From contig JAVZCB010000002.1 in NCBI GenBank assembly GCA_038874595.1, forward strand, positions 32,001-96,000: DNA of 64,000 nucleotides, read 5' to 3'. The notes beneath the pieces were generated by a model. It ran no database searches and was not told the origin of the DNA. It was given only the letters and a program-made list of their open reading frames with translations. Both the position numbers and the translations under genes were made by a program. This document shows positions 9,698 to 18,473 of the stretch, piece by piece (position 1 is the first letter of the stretch; each line of letters starts with the position of its first letter). Origin of the DNA: Candidatus Micrarchaeia archaeon (GTDB lineage: Archaea > Micrarchaeota > Micrarchaeia > CAILAH01).

Positions 9698-10615
9698 ATG
9701 GCGCAAACCACCGTTGCAAAAAATAAGGCCGAACTCCTGGAAGAAGCTAAGCTTACAGAAGCTGCAAAGAAGCCGATACTTGATATACTTAACGGTAAAA
9801 CTAGATATGCCGAGCTGTGGTATGGGACTAATGCTTCTATGGAGAAGGCGTTTGCACAAATAAAAGATATTTTGCCGGAAAGGGAGTTTTACCTGAAAAA
9901 AAAGACTGCTATCGACACTGATGGCAAAGAATACCATATTATAACAATCGCTGCACGTGTAAGTGCAAAGGAAGTGCCTGTTGTTAAAAGCAAGCCAGTG
10001 GTTCCTGTTAAAAAAGCACCTTCAATCCAGGTTGATAAGACTGATATGGATTACGGTGTGCTTTCAGATAAGTTTGGGGATAAGATTGCAACACAGATTG
10101 TATACTGGTCAAAAAAGTATGGTATTGACCCGCTGTTCGTGGCATCGCTGATTGTTGCAGAGCAATCCGGAAGAGCTGATAAAAATGCCCTTGAAATTGT
10201 TGGGAAGAGGCTTGCCAAAAACCCAAATTACTATAATAAGACAGTTTCAGGTGAGGGAAATATAGACAAGGAATCGCGCGGCTTGATGCAGATTACAAAG
10301 CCAACTTATGAAACAATCACAAAACTGATGGGATTGGGGAAAAGCGCAAAATCATATGAGGAAGTTGTTGGGGATCCTGCACTGTCAATAAGGTATGCTG
10401 CCAGGTATGTTGCATACCTGAAGAAAACACTTAATACTGAGGATATGGATGAGCTTGCCGCAGCATACAATGCTGGCCCTGGAAGAGTCAAGAGTGCAAA
10501 AGAGAAAAACAAAGATATGGGGAAACTATCGCTTGAATACAGGCAAAAAGTAAAAACTGCTTATATGCAGCTCGAGGCTGAAAAGAAGAGATTAGGAAGT
10601 GAAATAAAGGAATAG
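9698..10615 (+). CDS. Lytic transglycosylase (SLT domain) protein
   Basis: KKYGIDPLFVASLIVAEQS (catalytic Glu), RGLMQI, SIRYAARYV and AAAYNAGPGRV motifs. Confidence 0.9.
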   Translation: MAQTTVAKNKAELLEEAKLTEAAKKPILDILNGKTRYAELWYGTNASMEKAFAQIKDILPEREFYLKKKTAIDTDGKEYHIITIAARVSAKEVPVVKSKPVVPVKKAPSIQVDKTDMDYGVLSDKFGDKIATQIVYWSKKYGIDPLFVASLIVAEQSGRADKNALEIVGKRLAKNPNYYNKTVSGEGNIDKESRGLMQITKPTYETITKLMGLGKSAKSYEEVVGDPALSIRYAARYVAYLKKTLNTEDMDELAAAYNAGPGRVKSAKEKNKDMGKLSLEYRQKVKTAYMQLEAEKKRLGSEIKE

Positions 10616-10647
10616 CTTAATTTTGATTTTGCAATGCCCAGCATCTC

Positions 10648-11364
10648 TTAATCTTCCATAAAATATGCTGCTGTTGGGTCTCCCATATCAGCAAGCTCTT
10701 TCAAATAAGAGGTAAGCTTTTTGTTGGATTTTACCCTTTTTATATCCAGCCAAATATCTGCCCACTTGTTGCCGCATTCTATTGCATCCAACACTTTAAG
10801 CATAGAACTCATATCGTTTTTTAGGCCTAACCACGTAAGAAGGCGGTATTTGAGTGAATTTGTTACAACCTGTTTTACGTAAGCACGAATGCTAGAAATC
10901 TTATTCTTAATTTGTTTATTTGAGATTGATTGATTTTCTGGGATTTGCTGTGGATTTGCAGTATCGTCCAATACGCTCCCTTTATTTCTTAATGCAACCA
11001 AGATTGCATCCATTATCTTATTTATATCGTCCGATGGTTGCTTATGATCTTCCTTCGGGGCCATCTCTTGAGTAGGCTGCTTATGGTTTTCGTCTTTGGG
11101 CGATGGGTTCTCCTTCGGGGCCATCTCTTGAGTAGGCTGCTTATGGTTTTCGTCTTTGGGCGGTAGGTTTTTCTTTTGGGCCAATTCACGAAGCTTTAAA
11201 GCTACCGCAGATGCCAAAATACTCTGGTTTTCTGCCGCATCCTTCATCATACCAAAATTTGATTGCCTTTTCTCAATTGAAGAATCTCTCTTATCTATGT
11301 TTTGTGTGGTTATCTTTCCAGTACCCATAAAAACGTACCCGCTTCCTAAGTATTTATTTGCCAT
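10648..11364 (-). CDS. Hypothetical protein with internal 20-aa repeat
   Basis: 238-aa ORF with PKDENHKQPTQEMAPKE twice. Confidence 0.7.
   Translation of the reverse strand: MANKYLGSGYVFMGTGKITTQNIDKRDSSIEKRQSNFGMMKDAAENQSILASAVALKLRELAQKKNLPPKDENHKQPTQEMAPKENPSPKDENHKQPTQEMAPKEDHKQPSDDINKIMDAILVALRNKGSVLDDTANPQQIPENQSISNKQIKNKISSIRAYVKQVVTNSLKYRLLTWLGLKNDMSSMLKVLDAIECGNKWADIWLDIKRVKSNKKLTSYLKELADMGDPTAAYFMED
11051..11162. repeat. Intragenic direct repeat, 60-bp period
   Basis: tccttcggggccatctcttgagtaggctgcttatggttttcgtctttgggcg at 11051 and 11111. Confidence 0.9.
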
Positions 11365-11432
11365 ATCTTGTATTTATATGTTTCCCTTTATGGTTACAAA
11401 TTCGCTAAGGCGCAGGGCATACAATGAGCATC

Positions 11433-11750
11433 TTATTTCTTTGTTTGTTTTGTATTTTTAGCAACCCATTTCTCAAAAGCAGGCGTTGATGAAGAATTCC
11501 ACGTAATAATTGCTGGAAGCTCGTAAGGGTGTGATTTATTGATTATTGCAATTGCGCTCTTTCTTTTGGCAGGAGTGGTCTTGGCAATAAGAATAAACTC
11601 AATAGTATCTTGTAATGTGCCTTTCCACTCATAAATGCTACGTGATTTTATAATGTTTGCGCAAGCCGCTACACGTGCTGTAATGAGCTGCCTTGCAACA
11701 ACCTTTGCGGATTTGAAATTCGGAAATGGCGAGTAAATTAATGTAACCAT
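11433..11750 (-). CDS. cutA: Divalent-cation tolerance protein CutA
   Basis: AACANII...SIYEWKG...KT...HPYELPAI. Confidence 0.95.
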   Translation of the reverse strand: MVTLIYSPFPNFKSAKVVARQLITARVAACANIIKSRSIYEWKGTLQDTIEFILIAKTTPAKRKSAIAIINKSHPYELPAIITWNSSSTPAFEKWVAKNTKQTKK

Positions 11751-11842
11751 GTATTCAGATGTTCATAAAATAATAAAAGCCTGTGCCACTATAAAAAATC
11801 AATAAGCAATTAGTACCGGCAAGCCGAAAGGTTTAGGAGCAT

Positions 11843-11986
11843 GGCTCCCTACAACTTCGGGTTGCCGGGGTGGTAGGGCCAAGCAAACCGAAAGGTTTGC
11901 GGGCACCTTTTGCAGACGCAAAAGTGTGGGCGCCGGCTCCCTACAACTTCGGGTTGCCGGGGTGGTAGGGGGCGCCGGCTCCCTAC
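11843..11986 (+). repeat. Hairpin-rich direct repeats in the tRNA-Cys leader
   Basis: ggctccctacaacttcgggttgccggggtggtaggg at 11843 and 11935, with a third ggctccctac abutting the tRNA. Confidence 0.9.
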
Positions 11987-12227
11987 GCCGAGGTGGCAGA
12001 TTGGCTATGCGGCCGGCTGCAGAGAGCCTTTTCTTTACAAAAGAAAAGTCTCGCGAAAAGAAAGTGTGATTGGCACTATCCACTATCCTTAGGGGATAGG
12101 TGTAAACCACACTAAGGACAACGTTTGGCGAAGCCAAACGATGCGCCATTCGCTTATGCGAATGTGCGAGGAGGTACCTCCTTCCATCAGCAACCGGCAG
12201 AGAGGGGTTCAATTCCCTTCCTCGGCT
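11987..12227 (+). tRNA. tRNA-Cys(GCA) with ~170-nt intron at 37/38 (12023-12192)
   Basis: 5' exon GCCGAGG TG GCAGATTGGCTATGC G GCCGG CTGCAG and 3' exon A CCGGC AGAG AGGGG TTCAATT CCCTT CCTCGGC T; all stems pair once the insert is removed. Confidence 0.9.
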
Positions 12228-12341
12228 TGTACTTTCTTTTGGTTTCGCCTCCGGCGAATATCCTAAAGAACCTACACTAAGAAACTCCTTCTGTACTCTC
12301 TTTTGGTTTCGCCTCCGGCGAATATCCTAAAGAACCTACAC
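12228..12341 (+). repeat. Direct repeat (64-bp period) immediately downstream of tRNA-Cys
   Basis: tgtactYtcttttggtttcgcctccggcgaatatcctaaagaacctacac twice, each with a ttcgcc-tcc-ggcgaa hairpin. Confidence 0.9.
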
Positions 12342-12440
12342 CAAAAACAAGCCTATGGTTATTTTAGTGATTAATGCAAAATACGTCGTGTGCTATTTTT
12401 TTCAAAAATAGATATGTATATATATAACATTAAACAAAAT

Positions 12441-13265
12441 ATGTATATGCCAACGCACCCTTACCTCTCAAAGGGACCCACCACTGCACTAAAGGAAAAA
12501 AGCGCTGAGGAGAAAAAGAGGTCATTCAACAAAATGAAAGTATTGGGCGCGCTCATTATAAGTATCCCTTCAATTATTGGTGCGTGGCAAACCTACCAAT
12601 ATGCAAGCACAAATTATCCTATATGGAATGCAAGCATATACAAAATTAATGGCGAGGGCAAAATGAAAAAGGTATGGGATAAGGGGAATGTGAATAATAT
12701 TAAGGAATTCACGCAGCTGCTTCCGGGCGTGCTCAACACAGATAATGAGAGATTGCTGGAGGGCCTGAAAGGTGTTATTATCCAATTCCATACAGAGGAC
12801 CGGCCGGAGATGATTGGCGGCAATTACGATTCTAAAAATAACATAATCCACATATACCCTGACACAACCAACGGTGTGCTGCTGCACGAATTACTGCATC
12901 ATATTTACGAGAAGGTGCTCACGGATGCGGAGAGGGCTGAGTTTAATGCATTTGCAAAAAAGGTTTACTCGCTTGCAAAAAAGGATACTGCTGAGCTATA
13001 TGATGCGCTTAAAGGCGGGCTTACCCCTGAAGGGATAAAATACTTTGAAAGGGCATATGAGATTTCATTGAGAGTAGAGCAATACAAGAACAATTTTCAA
13101 TCATCTCAGGAATTTGAGCGGTTTGCTGCGTCTGAACTGTTTGCCGCAGTGTTTGATTTCAAAGATTTTGGGGTAGCATACCCAATAAAAGCGATATATG
13201 AGAACTACCTTGATGAGTCGTTTGTTTCACAACTTGTAAATCAGCACACCAAAGATATGTTTTAA
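12441..13265 (+). CDS. Membrane-anchored putative zinc metallopeptidase
   Basis: N-terminal TM helix, GVLLHELLHH and a distal SELFA. Confidence 0.7.
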   Translation: MYMPTHPYLSKGPTTALKEKSAEEKKRSFNKMKVLGALIISIPSIIGAWQTYQYASTNYPIWNASIYKINGEGKMKKVWDKGNVNNIKEFTQLLPGVLNTDNERLLEGLKGVIIQFHTEDRPEMIGGNYDSKNNIIHIYPDTTNGVLLHELLHHIYEKVLTDAERAEFNAFAKKVYSLAKKDTAELYDALKGGLTPEGIKYFERAYEISLRVEQYKNNFQSSQEFERFAASELFAAVFDFKDFGVAYPIKAIYENYLDESFVSQLVNQHTKDMF

Positions 13266-13267
13266 AT

Positions 13268-13729
13268 ATGATGCACAGAAAGAATAAAGGTGAGATTATG
13301 CCAGAACAAGCAGAAAAATATTGGTTAAGCAACAAGCAAGGTTTTGAAAAGGCGTTGGAGGAATTTAATTATGCTGCAAAAAATTTCGTAGATGCTAGTA
13401 TTCTAGGAAAACTTGAAGCATATTTTAAACTGAGGAATGCGGGAAGGAAGCTTGATGATGCTGCGCGCAACCTGGCTGCGGAAATAAATGGATTTAGAAA
13501 ATATGGCTCAAGAGACATCGAAAAGCAAGTGAAGGGTGATCCAGTATTGCAGCTTGCACTCAGGATTGCCGAAGAGCAAAACAAGACCCTTCAGGCCGTT
13601 CCAACAAAGAATGTTGGAACTACCTCAGAAACTAAGAAGCGTACTGGAAATAAAGAGAGTATTGGTCATACCGGAAAAGTTTATGGGTATTATATCGATA
13701 AAGAAACTGGGGAAGTAAGAAAAAAATAA
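13268..13729 (+). CDS. Hypothetical protein
   Basis: 153-aa ORF directly after the peptidase; a possible start at 13298 follows GGTGA. Confidence 0.65.
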   Translation: MMHRKNKGEIMPEQAEKYWLSNKQGFEKALEEFNYAAKNFVDASILGKLEAYFKLRNAGRKLDDAARNLAAEINGFRKYGSRDIEKQVKGDPVLQLALRIAEEQNKTLQAVPTKNVGTTSETKKRTGNKESIGHTGKVYGYYIDKETGEVRKK

Positions 13730-13863
13730 TAACAGCACATCATCTTTTTCCGAATTTTTTTGATTACTAGAAGTAAGGTTATAGAAACATTAATAAACCT
13801 TACCAAAGAGAGTATTACCTACCAAGATACCTTTATATTTGTATTGTAATAGAGGGTGTAAAA

Positions 13864-14790
13864 ATGACCACTGTAAAAGAATGTCCCGAGTGTAAGGGCT
13901 CTAAAATTATACAGGATTATGAGCGTGGAGAGCTCATCTGCGCAACCTGCGGCCTAGTTATAAGTGATAGCATGGTCGATGAAGGTCCTGAATGGAGGGC
14001 TTTCGACAGCGACCAGCGTGATAAAAGGGCAAGGACAGGAGCGCCAATAAAGCTTATGAGGCCGAATAAAGGTCTCTCAACTGAAATTGACCAGTACAAC
14101 AGGGACATTCGTGGTGTCAAGATTAATACAAAGAAACAGGCACAGCTCTACAGAATGAGGAAATGGCATAAGAGAAGCAGCATCCAGAGCTCTGTGGAAA
14201 GGAATCTCGCAATTGCACTCACCGAATTGGATAAGATTGCATCATATCTCGGGCTGCACGAATCAATCCGTGAGGAGGCAGCGCTGATGTACAGAAGATG
14301 CATCGAGAAAGGAGTAAGGGGTAAGAACATTGAGGCACTCGTTGCAGCAGTAATTTATGCTGTGTGCAGGCAGAGAAACATGCCAAGAACGCTTGCTGAG
14401 ATCGCACAGGTTTCAGGTGTGAAGAGAAAGGATATAGGCAGGACATACAGGATACTTGTGCAGGAACTCAACGTTGGTGTGCCTCTTGCAAACCCGCTAC
14501 ACTATGTACCCAGGTTTGTAACGGCACTCGGCCTGAGCGGCAGGGTACAGGAGACTGCAATGGACATACTAAAAGATGCAATCGATAGGAAGCTCATTTC
14601 CGGTAGGGGGCCAACTGGGCTTGCGGCAGCCGCTGTTTATGCGTCATGCCTGCACCACGCAGAGCACAGGACACAGAAAGAAGTTGCGGAAGCTGCTGGT
14701 ATCACAGAGGTTACGATAAGGAACAGGTTTAAGGAGCTCAAGGATACGCTTAACCTTGACCTGCCTGAGATTGAAGGCCAGTTCGCATAA
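13864..14790 (+). CDS. tfb: Transcription initiation factor IIB
   Basis: CPEC...C.TCG zinc ribbon, GPEWRAF, two cyclin repeats, TEVTIRNRFKE. Confidence 0.98.
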   Translation: MTTVKECPECKGSKIIQDYERGELICATCGLVISDSMVDEGPEWRAFDSDQRDKRARTGAPIKLMRPNKGLSTEIDQYNRDIRGVKINTKKQAQLYRMRKWHKRSSIQSSVERNLAIALTELDKIASYLGLHESIREEAALMYRRCIEKGVRGKNIEALVAAVIYAVCRQRNMPRTLAEIAQVSGVKRKDIGRTYRILVQELNVGVPLANPLHYVPRFVTALGLSGRVQETAMDILKDAIDRKLISGRGPTGLAAAAVYASCLHHAEHRTQKEVAEAAGITEVTIRNRFKELKDTLNLDLPEIEGQFA

Positions 14791-14795
14791 TCCTG

Positions 14796-15527
14796 ATGAT
14801 GCGCAACATAACAAACAAGATAAAGCGCGAATGTGATGTTGTGCTCGTGGTTGCTGATGCGCGCAGCCCGGGCACGATTTTTAGGTTTCGCCCTTACCCT
14901 GGGCAGGAAACAATCCTTATCTTGAATAAGATTGACCTGTGCACAGAGGAGGAGATTCGCACACTGAGAGAGAAATACAGGGGCGCAATCCTCATGTCTG
15001 CACGCACAAGAAAGGGGAAGGGGCACTTATTGCATACGCTAATCAGGATAGCAAAAGAAAAGGAGCACCTTATCAAAGTAGGTGTTATAGGGGTGCCTAA
15101 CGTTGGAAAGTCATCAATTATCAACCTGCTACGCGGAAAAAGAAGCGCACGGACGAGCCCTACCCCTGGCGAGACAAAGGGGATTCAATGGCTCAAGCTT
15201 AACAAGAACATTCTGCTCTATGACTCACCAGGGGTGTTCATAAGGGATCCGGGGGAGGAGGCAATCGCACACGCATCTACAGTTTCAGCTGAAAAAATGA
15301 AAAACCCTGAGGAAGCTGCCACAAAAGTGCTGTCACACATAATAAAAACAAGGGGAAGGATACACGTCGCCGCACACTACGGGATTGAGATTGCAGAAAG
15401 CGATGACGAATACGCAATCCTTGAGAAGATTGCGGTAAGAAACGGGATGCTGCTCAAAGGCGGTGAGCTTGACACCGACCGGGCAGCCAAGCGAGTAATA
15501 CACGATTGGCAAACGGGAAAAATCTAG
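14796..15527 (+). CDS. Circularly permuted GTPase (RbgA/YlqF family)
   Basis: DAR, NKID preceding GVPNVGKSS, TPGETKG and DSPG. Confidence 0.92.
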   Translation: MMRNITNKIKRECDVVLVVADARSPGTIFRFRPYPGQETILILNKIDLCTEEEIRTLREKYRGAILMSARTRKGKGHLLHTLIRIAKEKEHLIKVGVIGVPNVGKSSIINLLRGKRSARTSPTPGETKGIQWLKLNKNILLYDSPGVFIRDPGEEAIAHASTVSAEKMKNPEEAATKVLSHIIKTRGRIHVAAHYGIEIAESDDEYAILEKIAVRNGMLLKGGELDTDRAAKRVIHDWQTGKI

Positions 15528-15573
15528 CGCACCATTGTGAAAGAATATAAGAGTTTAAAACCCAAATTTTATT

Positions 15574-16872
15574 ATGAGAGCAACAATCACGATTGCGCTG
15601 GCAGTGCTGCTTCTGGCAGCACCTGTGCTTTTTGCTGAGTGGACTGAGAAAATAGAGATTCATGTAGTGGACAAATTAGACAGGCCCATCAACGGTGCTG
15701 TCGTTACCGTACTTTACCAGAAACATTCTTTCCCTGTAACAAGCGATGAATCCTCTCTCGATGGGAAAATTGTGATGAAAACCAATGAAAGCGGTAAGCT
15801 TGTAATACCATTTGCAAACATGGTAAACACAAAAGAGAGCGAAATAAGATTTTACATTGTGAAGGCAAACTACAGCACGAGCAAGCAGCAAAGCGAAAAG
15901 ATATTATGCAGCAGCATGGGCCCAACGTGCCACGATAACCAGCCATACTTGAAAACATTCACTTTTGATGCATATCGTGTAAATATCCTGGTACTGGACC
16001 AGAACGGAAAGCCGATTGAGGGCGCAATGGTGTATTCGGGTGGTAATGAGTATGCAACATCAAAGGACGGAAAGGTATGGGTAACTGTGCCCAATGGTGC
16101 CACATATACGATAGTTGTTGAGTACGGCGGCAAGAAAAGGACACTAACCGGAAAAATCAGCGGAAGTGATGACCAGAAGACTGTCACGTTCAATAGGTAT
16201 ACTGTGCGTTTCAGGGTGCTGAATGATAAGGGAGAACTTGTACCAGCGGAAGTGCTCTTGGATGGCAAGATTGCACACACAGATGAGCAGGGGTACGTGG
16301 AGTTTGCAGATATACTTAGTGATAATATAGATATTTTCCTTAGGTATGGTGGAGGGTCCAGGAATTACAACTTTGCGCTTACAGGAAACCTTGATAGTGA
16401 GCTTATTGTTGATGAAAGCGAGCCAGCGGTATCCATCTCAGGGAAGACCGTAGATGAAAAAAGCAACGCTATATTCATATCTGTTGTTGCATCCGACCCA
16501 AACCCAAAATCAAGCGGGCTGCGCACTTCCGAACCGGTTATATTGAAATACAACGCGGGGGAAGGTTGGAGAACTGTTGCTATGTACCAGACCGGTAAAG
16601 GAACGTTCCAGACAACAATCCCTATAGTGTATGATAAGCAGATATTGCTTGAAGTCAGCGCTTATGATGCACAGGGTAATTCAAGGACAATTACGGACAG
16701 CATTACTGCAAGCAAAGAAGCCAAGCCAGGCACAGAAAACGAAAACACACAACAATCATCTGGTGGAGCCGGTGAGAGTAGCGGGCTTGATATGGTCACG
16801 CTTGCAGGCGGTGTAATCGTTGTGCTTATTGTGTTGATTATCCTATACAAGAAATACACTGGTGAGATTTAA
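15574..16872 (+). CDS. Membrane-anchored surface protein with carboxypeptidase-regulatory-like/Ig domains
   Basis: Signal peptide, repeated V.D..G.PI.GA.V motifs, C-terminal TM helix. Confidence 0.8.
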   Translation: MRATITIALAVLLLAAPVLFAEWTEKIEIHVVDKLDRPINGAVVTVLYQKHSFPVTSDESSLDGKIVMKTNESGKLVIPFANMVNTKESEIRFYIVKANYSTSKQQSEKILCSSMGPTCHDNQPYLKTFTFDAYRVNILVLDQNGKPIEGAMVYSGGNEYATSKDGKVWVTVPNGATYTIVVEYGGKKRTLTGKISGSDDQKTVTFNRYTVRFRVLNDKGELVPAEVLLDGKIAHTDEQGYVEFADILSDNIDIFLRYGGGSRNYNFALTGNLDSELIVDESEPAVSISGKTVDEKSNAIFISVVASDPNPKSSGLRTSEPVILKYNAGEGWRTVAMYQTGKGTFQTTIPIVYDKQILLEVSAYDAQGNSRTITDSITASKEAKPGTENENTQQSSGGAGESSGLDMVTLAGGVIVVLIVLIILYKKYTGEI

Positions 16873-16943
16873 GCCCGAGTAAACCGCAGATTACAAAAAC
16901 ATGCAGGTAGGTTATACATACAAGAAAACATTTGGTATGATAA

Positions 16944-17957
16944 CTAATCACTGAGCTTATACTGCCGCACTTTCACACCTGCCTCTTCAAGGAGTGCAAG
17001 CGCATTTCTGGAAAGAGGATACTTATCATTAAACACAACTTCAATTATGCCTGCATTAATTATCATTTTTGTGCATAGCAGGCAGGGGGAAAACGTTGTA
17101 TAAATTGTGCACCCTTTCGTGCTGACACCGTTGTATGCGGCCTGCACGATTGCATTCTCCTCACCGTGGGAGCAGAAGCACTCTTCGAGATTCTTGCCCG
17201 ATTCAGAGAATGAATTACAGCGTGGGCATCCACCCTCACTGCAATTTCTTGTGCCGCGCGGAGTGCCATTATAACCGGTAGAAACTATCTGCTTGTCGCG
17301 CACAATGACAGCACCAACCCTTCTCTTAACACAGTTGCTCCGTGTTGCAACCTGTTGTGCGATGCCCATAAAATATGCATCCCATGTCGGGCGCTCCTGC
17401 TTAAACTCCTTTGAGAGCTCACCAAGCACAAAATCTATCTTCTCATAAAACTGCTCGCGTGTGCCGTTGTTTTCTATCTTCTTATCAGCAAGCGCAAACG
17501 TCTTCTTAAGGTTCTGCATAGTGCTTTTCTCGTTTTCCATCTCAAACTGCTCGATTTCCCTGAACGCCTCAAACGTCTTCGGGTCTTCTTCACGGCCGCG
17601 GCTGCGCTGCCTCTCAAACCTCACATATGCATCAGCAGTCACATAAATAAGGTAAAAATTCCCAAGACGCCTGAGCTCCTCAACCTCAACCGGGTTGCGT
17701 ATGGAATCAATCACATAATTCTTATCCCTGCTCATCTTCTCTTTTGCGCGCACTGCAAGCACACTGGCACCAAACTTCTCCCTCAGCTCGTTGCCTTTCT
17801 GGATGAGTGTTTCTCTCGTGATTGGCCGGCCTTCCTCCTTAAGCGCCTCACGTATAATATCAGAAAGCGAGAGCGGGTAAAACCCTTTTTTTACAAGGTA
17901 ATCTATCGCTGTCGTCTTGCCAGCGCAATTTTCCCCTGTGAACCCTATGACTAGCAT
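16944..17957 (-). CDS. Fusion of P-loop nucleotide kinase-like domain and dCMP deaminase
   Basis: N-terminal IGFTGENCAGKTT and VIDSIRNP.E; C-terminal RPTWDAYFM, STGYNG, HGEENA and PCLLC. Confidence 0.9.
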   Translation of the reverse strand: MLVIGFTGENCAGKTTAIDYLVKKGFYPLSLSDIIREALKEEGRPITRETLIQKGNELREKFGASVLAVRAKEKMSRDKNYVIDSIRNPVEVEELRRLGNFYLIYVTADAYVRFERQRSRGREEDPKTFEAFREIEQFEMENEKSTMQNLKKTFALADKKIENNGTREQFYEKIDFVLGELSKEFKQERPTWDAYFMGIAQQVATRSNCVKRRVGAVIVRDKQIVSTGYNGTPRGTRNCSEGGCPRCNSFSESGKNLEECFCSHGEENAIVQAAYNGVSTKGCTIYTTFSPCLLCTKMIINAGIIEVVFNDKYPLSRNALALLEEAGVKVRQYKLSD

Positions 17958-18011
17958 ATGGATATTGCAAGTGATAATGCTAATAAATATTGCTTTGCCT
18001 AAAAAAGATGT

Positions 18012-18132
18012 GCTCCGGTAGTGTAGCGGATAGCATTCAGCCCTGTCACGGCTGCGACCCGGGTTCGAAGCACCTCTTTTGGGATGCCTAAAGAGCTGCA
18101 CCAGAAAGGTTTCGAAAATCCCGGCCGGGGCG
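18012..18132 (+). tRNA. tRNA-Asp(GTC) with ~49-nt intron in the T-loop (59/60; 18070-18118)
   Basis: GCTCCGG...CAGCC CTGTCAC GGCTG CGAC CCGGG TTCGAA [intron] T CCCGG CCGGGGC G. TTCG pairs with CGAA at the intron 3' end (BHB-like). Confidence 0.92.
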
Positions 18133-18145
18133 CTCTTTTTTTCAA

Positions 18146-18412
18146 TTATATTTGGGAAAAAATTAGCTGTGCTATTTTCTCTGCATCTCCCTTTTCACTT
18201 GCTTTCTTAATTATAACCTTACCGCGCCTGTAAAGTGCAACCTCAACCTCGCCTTTAGTCCCTATTGCGAGCACATCGCTTTTCATTTTTATGCTAAACC
18301 CTGCCTTTTGCAGGATAGAGCACATCTTCTCAGGAGATAATTCCACCTCGCTTTCAGGTACCACATCAAACGTGTTGCTGCCGCGGCACGGCGAGCTTAA
18401 CCGGTATTTCAT
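18146..18412 (-). CDS. Hypothetical protein
   Basis: 88-aa ORF; VALYRRGKVIIK...AEKIA resembles small archaeal alpha/beta proteins. Confidence 0.7.
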   Translation of the reverse strand: MKYRLSSPCRGSNTFDVVPESEVELSPEKMCSILQKAGFSIKMKSDVLAIGTKGEVEVALYRRGKVIIKKASEKGDAEKIAQLIFSQI

Positions 18413-18473
18413 TAATTATTTTGTATGCTATGAAATTATAAAGCATTATTTGAGTGTGGGGTGCATACCAAAA

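Noticed and set aside
11812-12200. RNase P RNA or C/D-box guide
   Set aside because: No RNase P P4 consensus, no RUGAUGA/CUGA boxes, and the region is explained by tRNA exons plus intron
11799-12212. 137-aa minus-strand ORF and 60-aa plus-strand ORF
   Set aside because: They overlap tRNA-Cys and its GC-rich repeats and have no protein-like features
9698-13729. Provirus or integrated element around the SLT and tRNA-Cys
   Set aside because: No integrase, capsid, terminase or att duplication of the tRNA end, and cutA lies within the region
17958-18101. N-terminal extension of the kinase-deaminase ORF
   Set aside because: It is antisense to tRNA-Asp; the real start is MLVIGFTG at 17957
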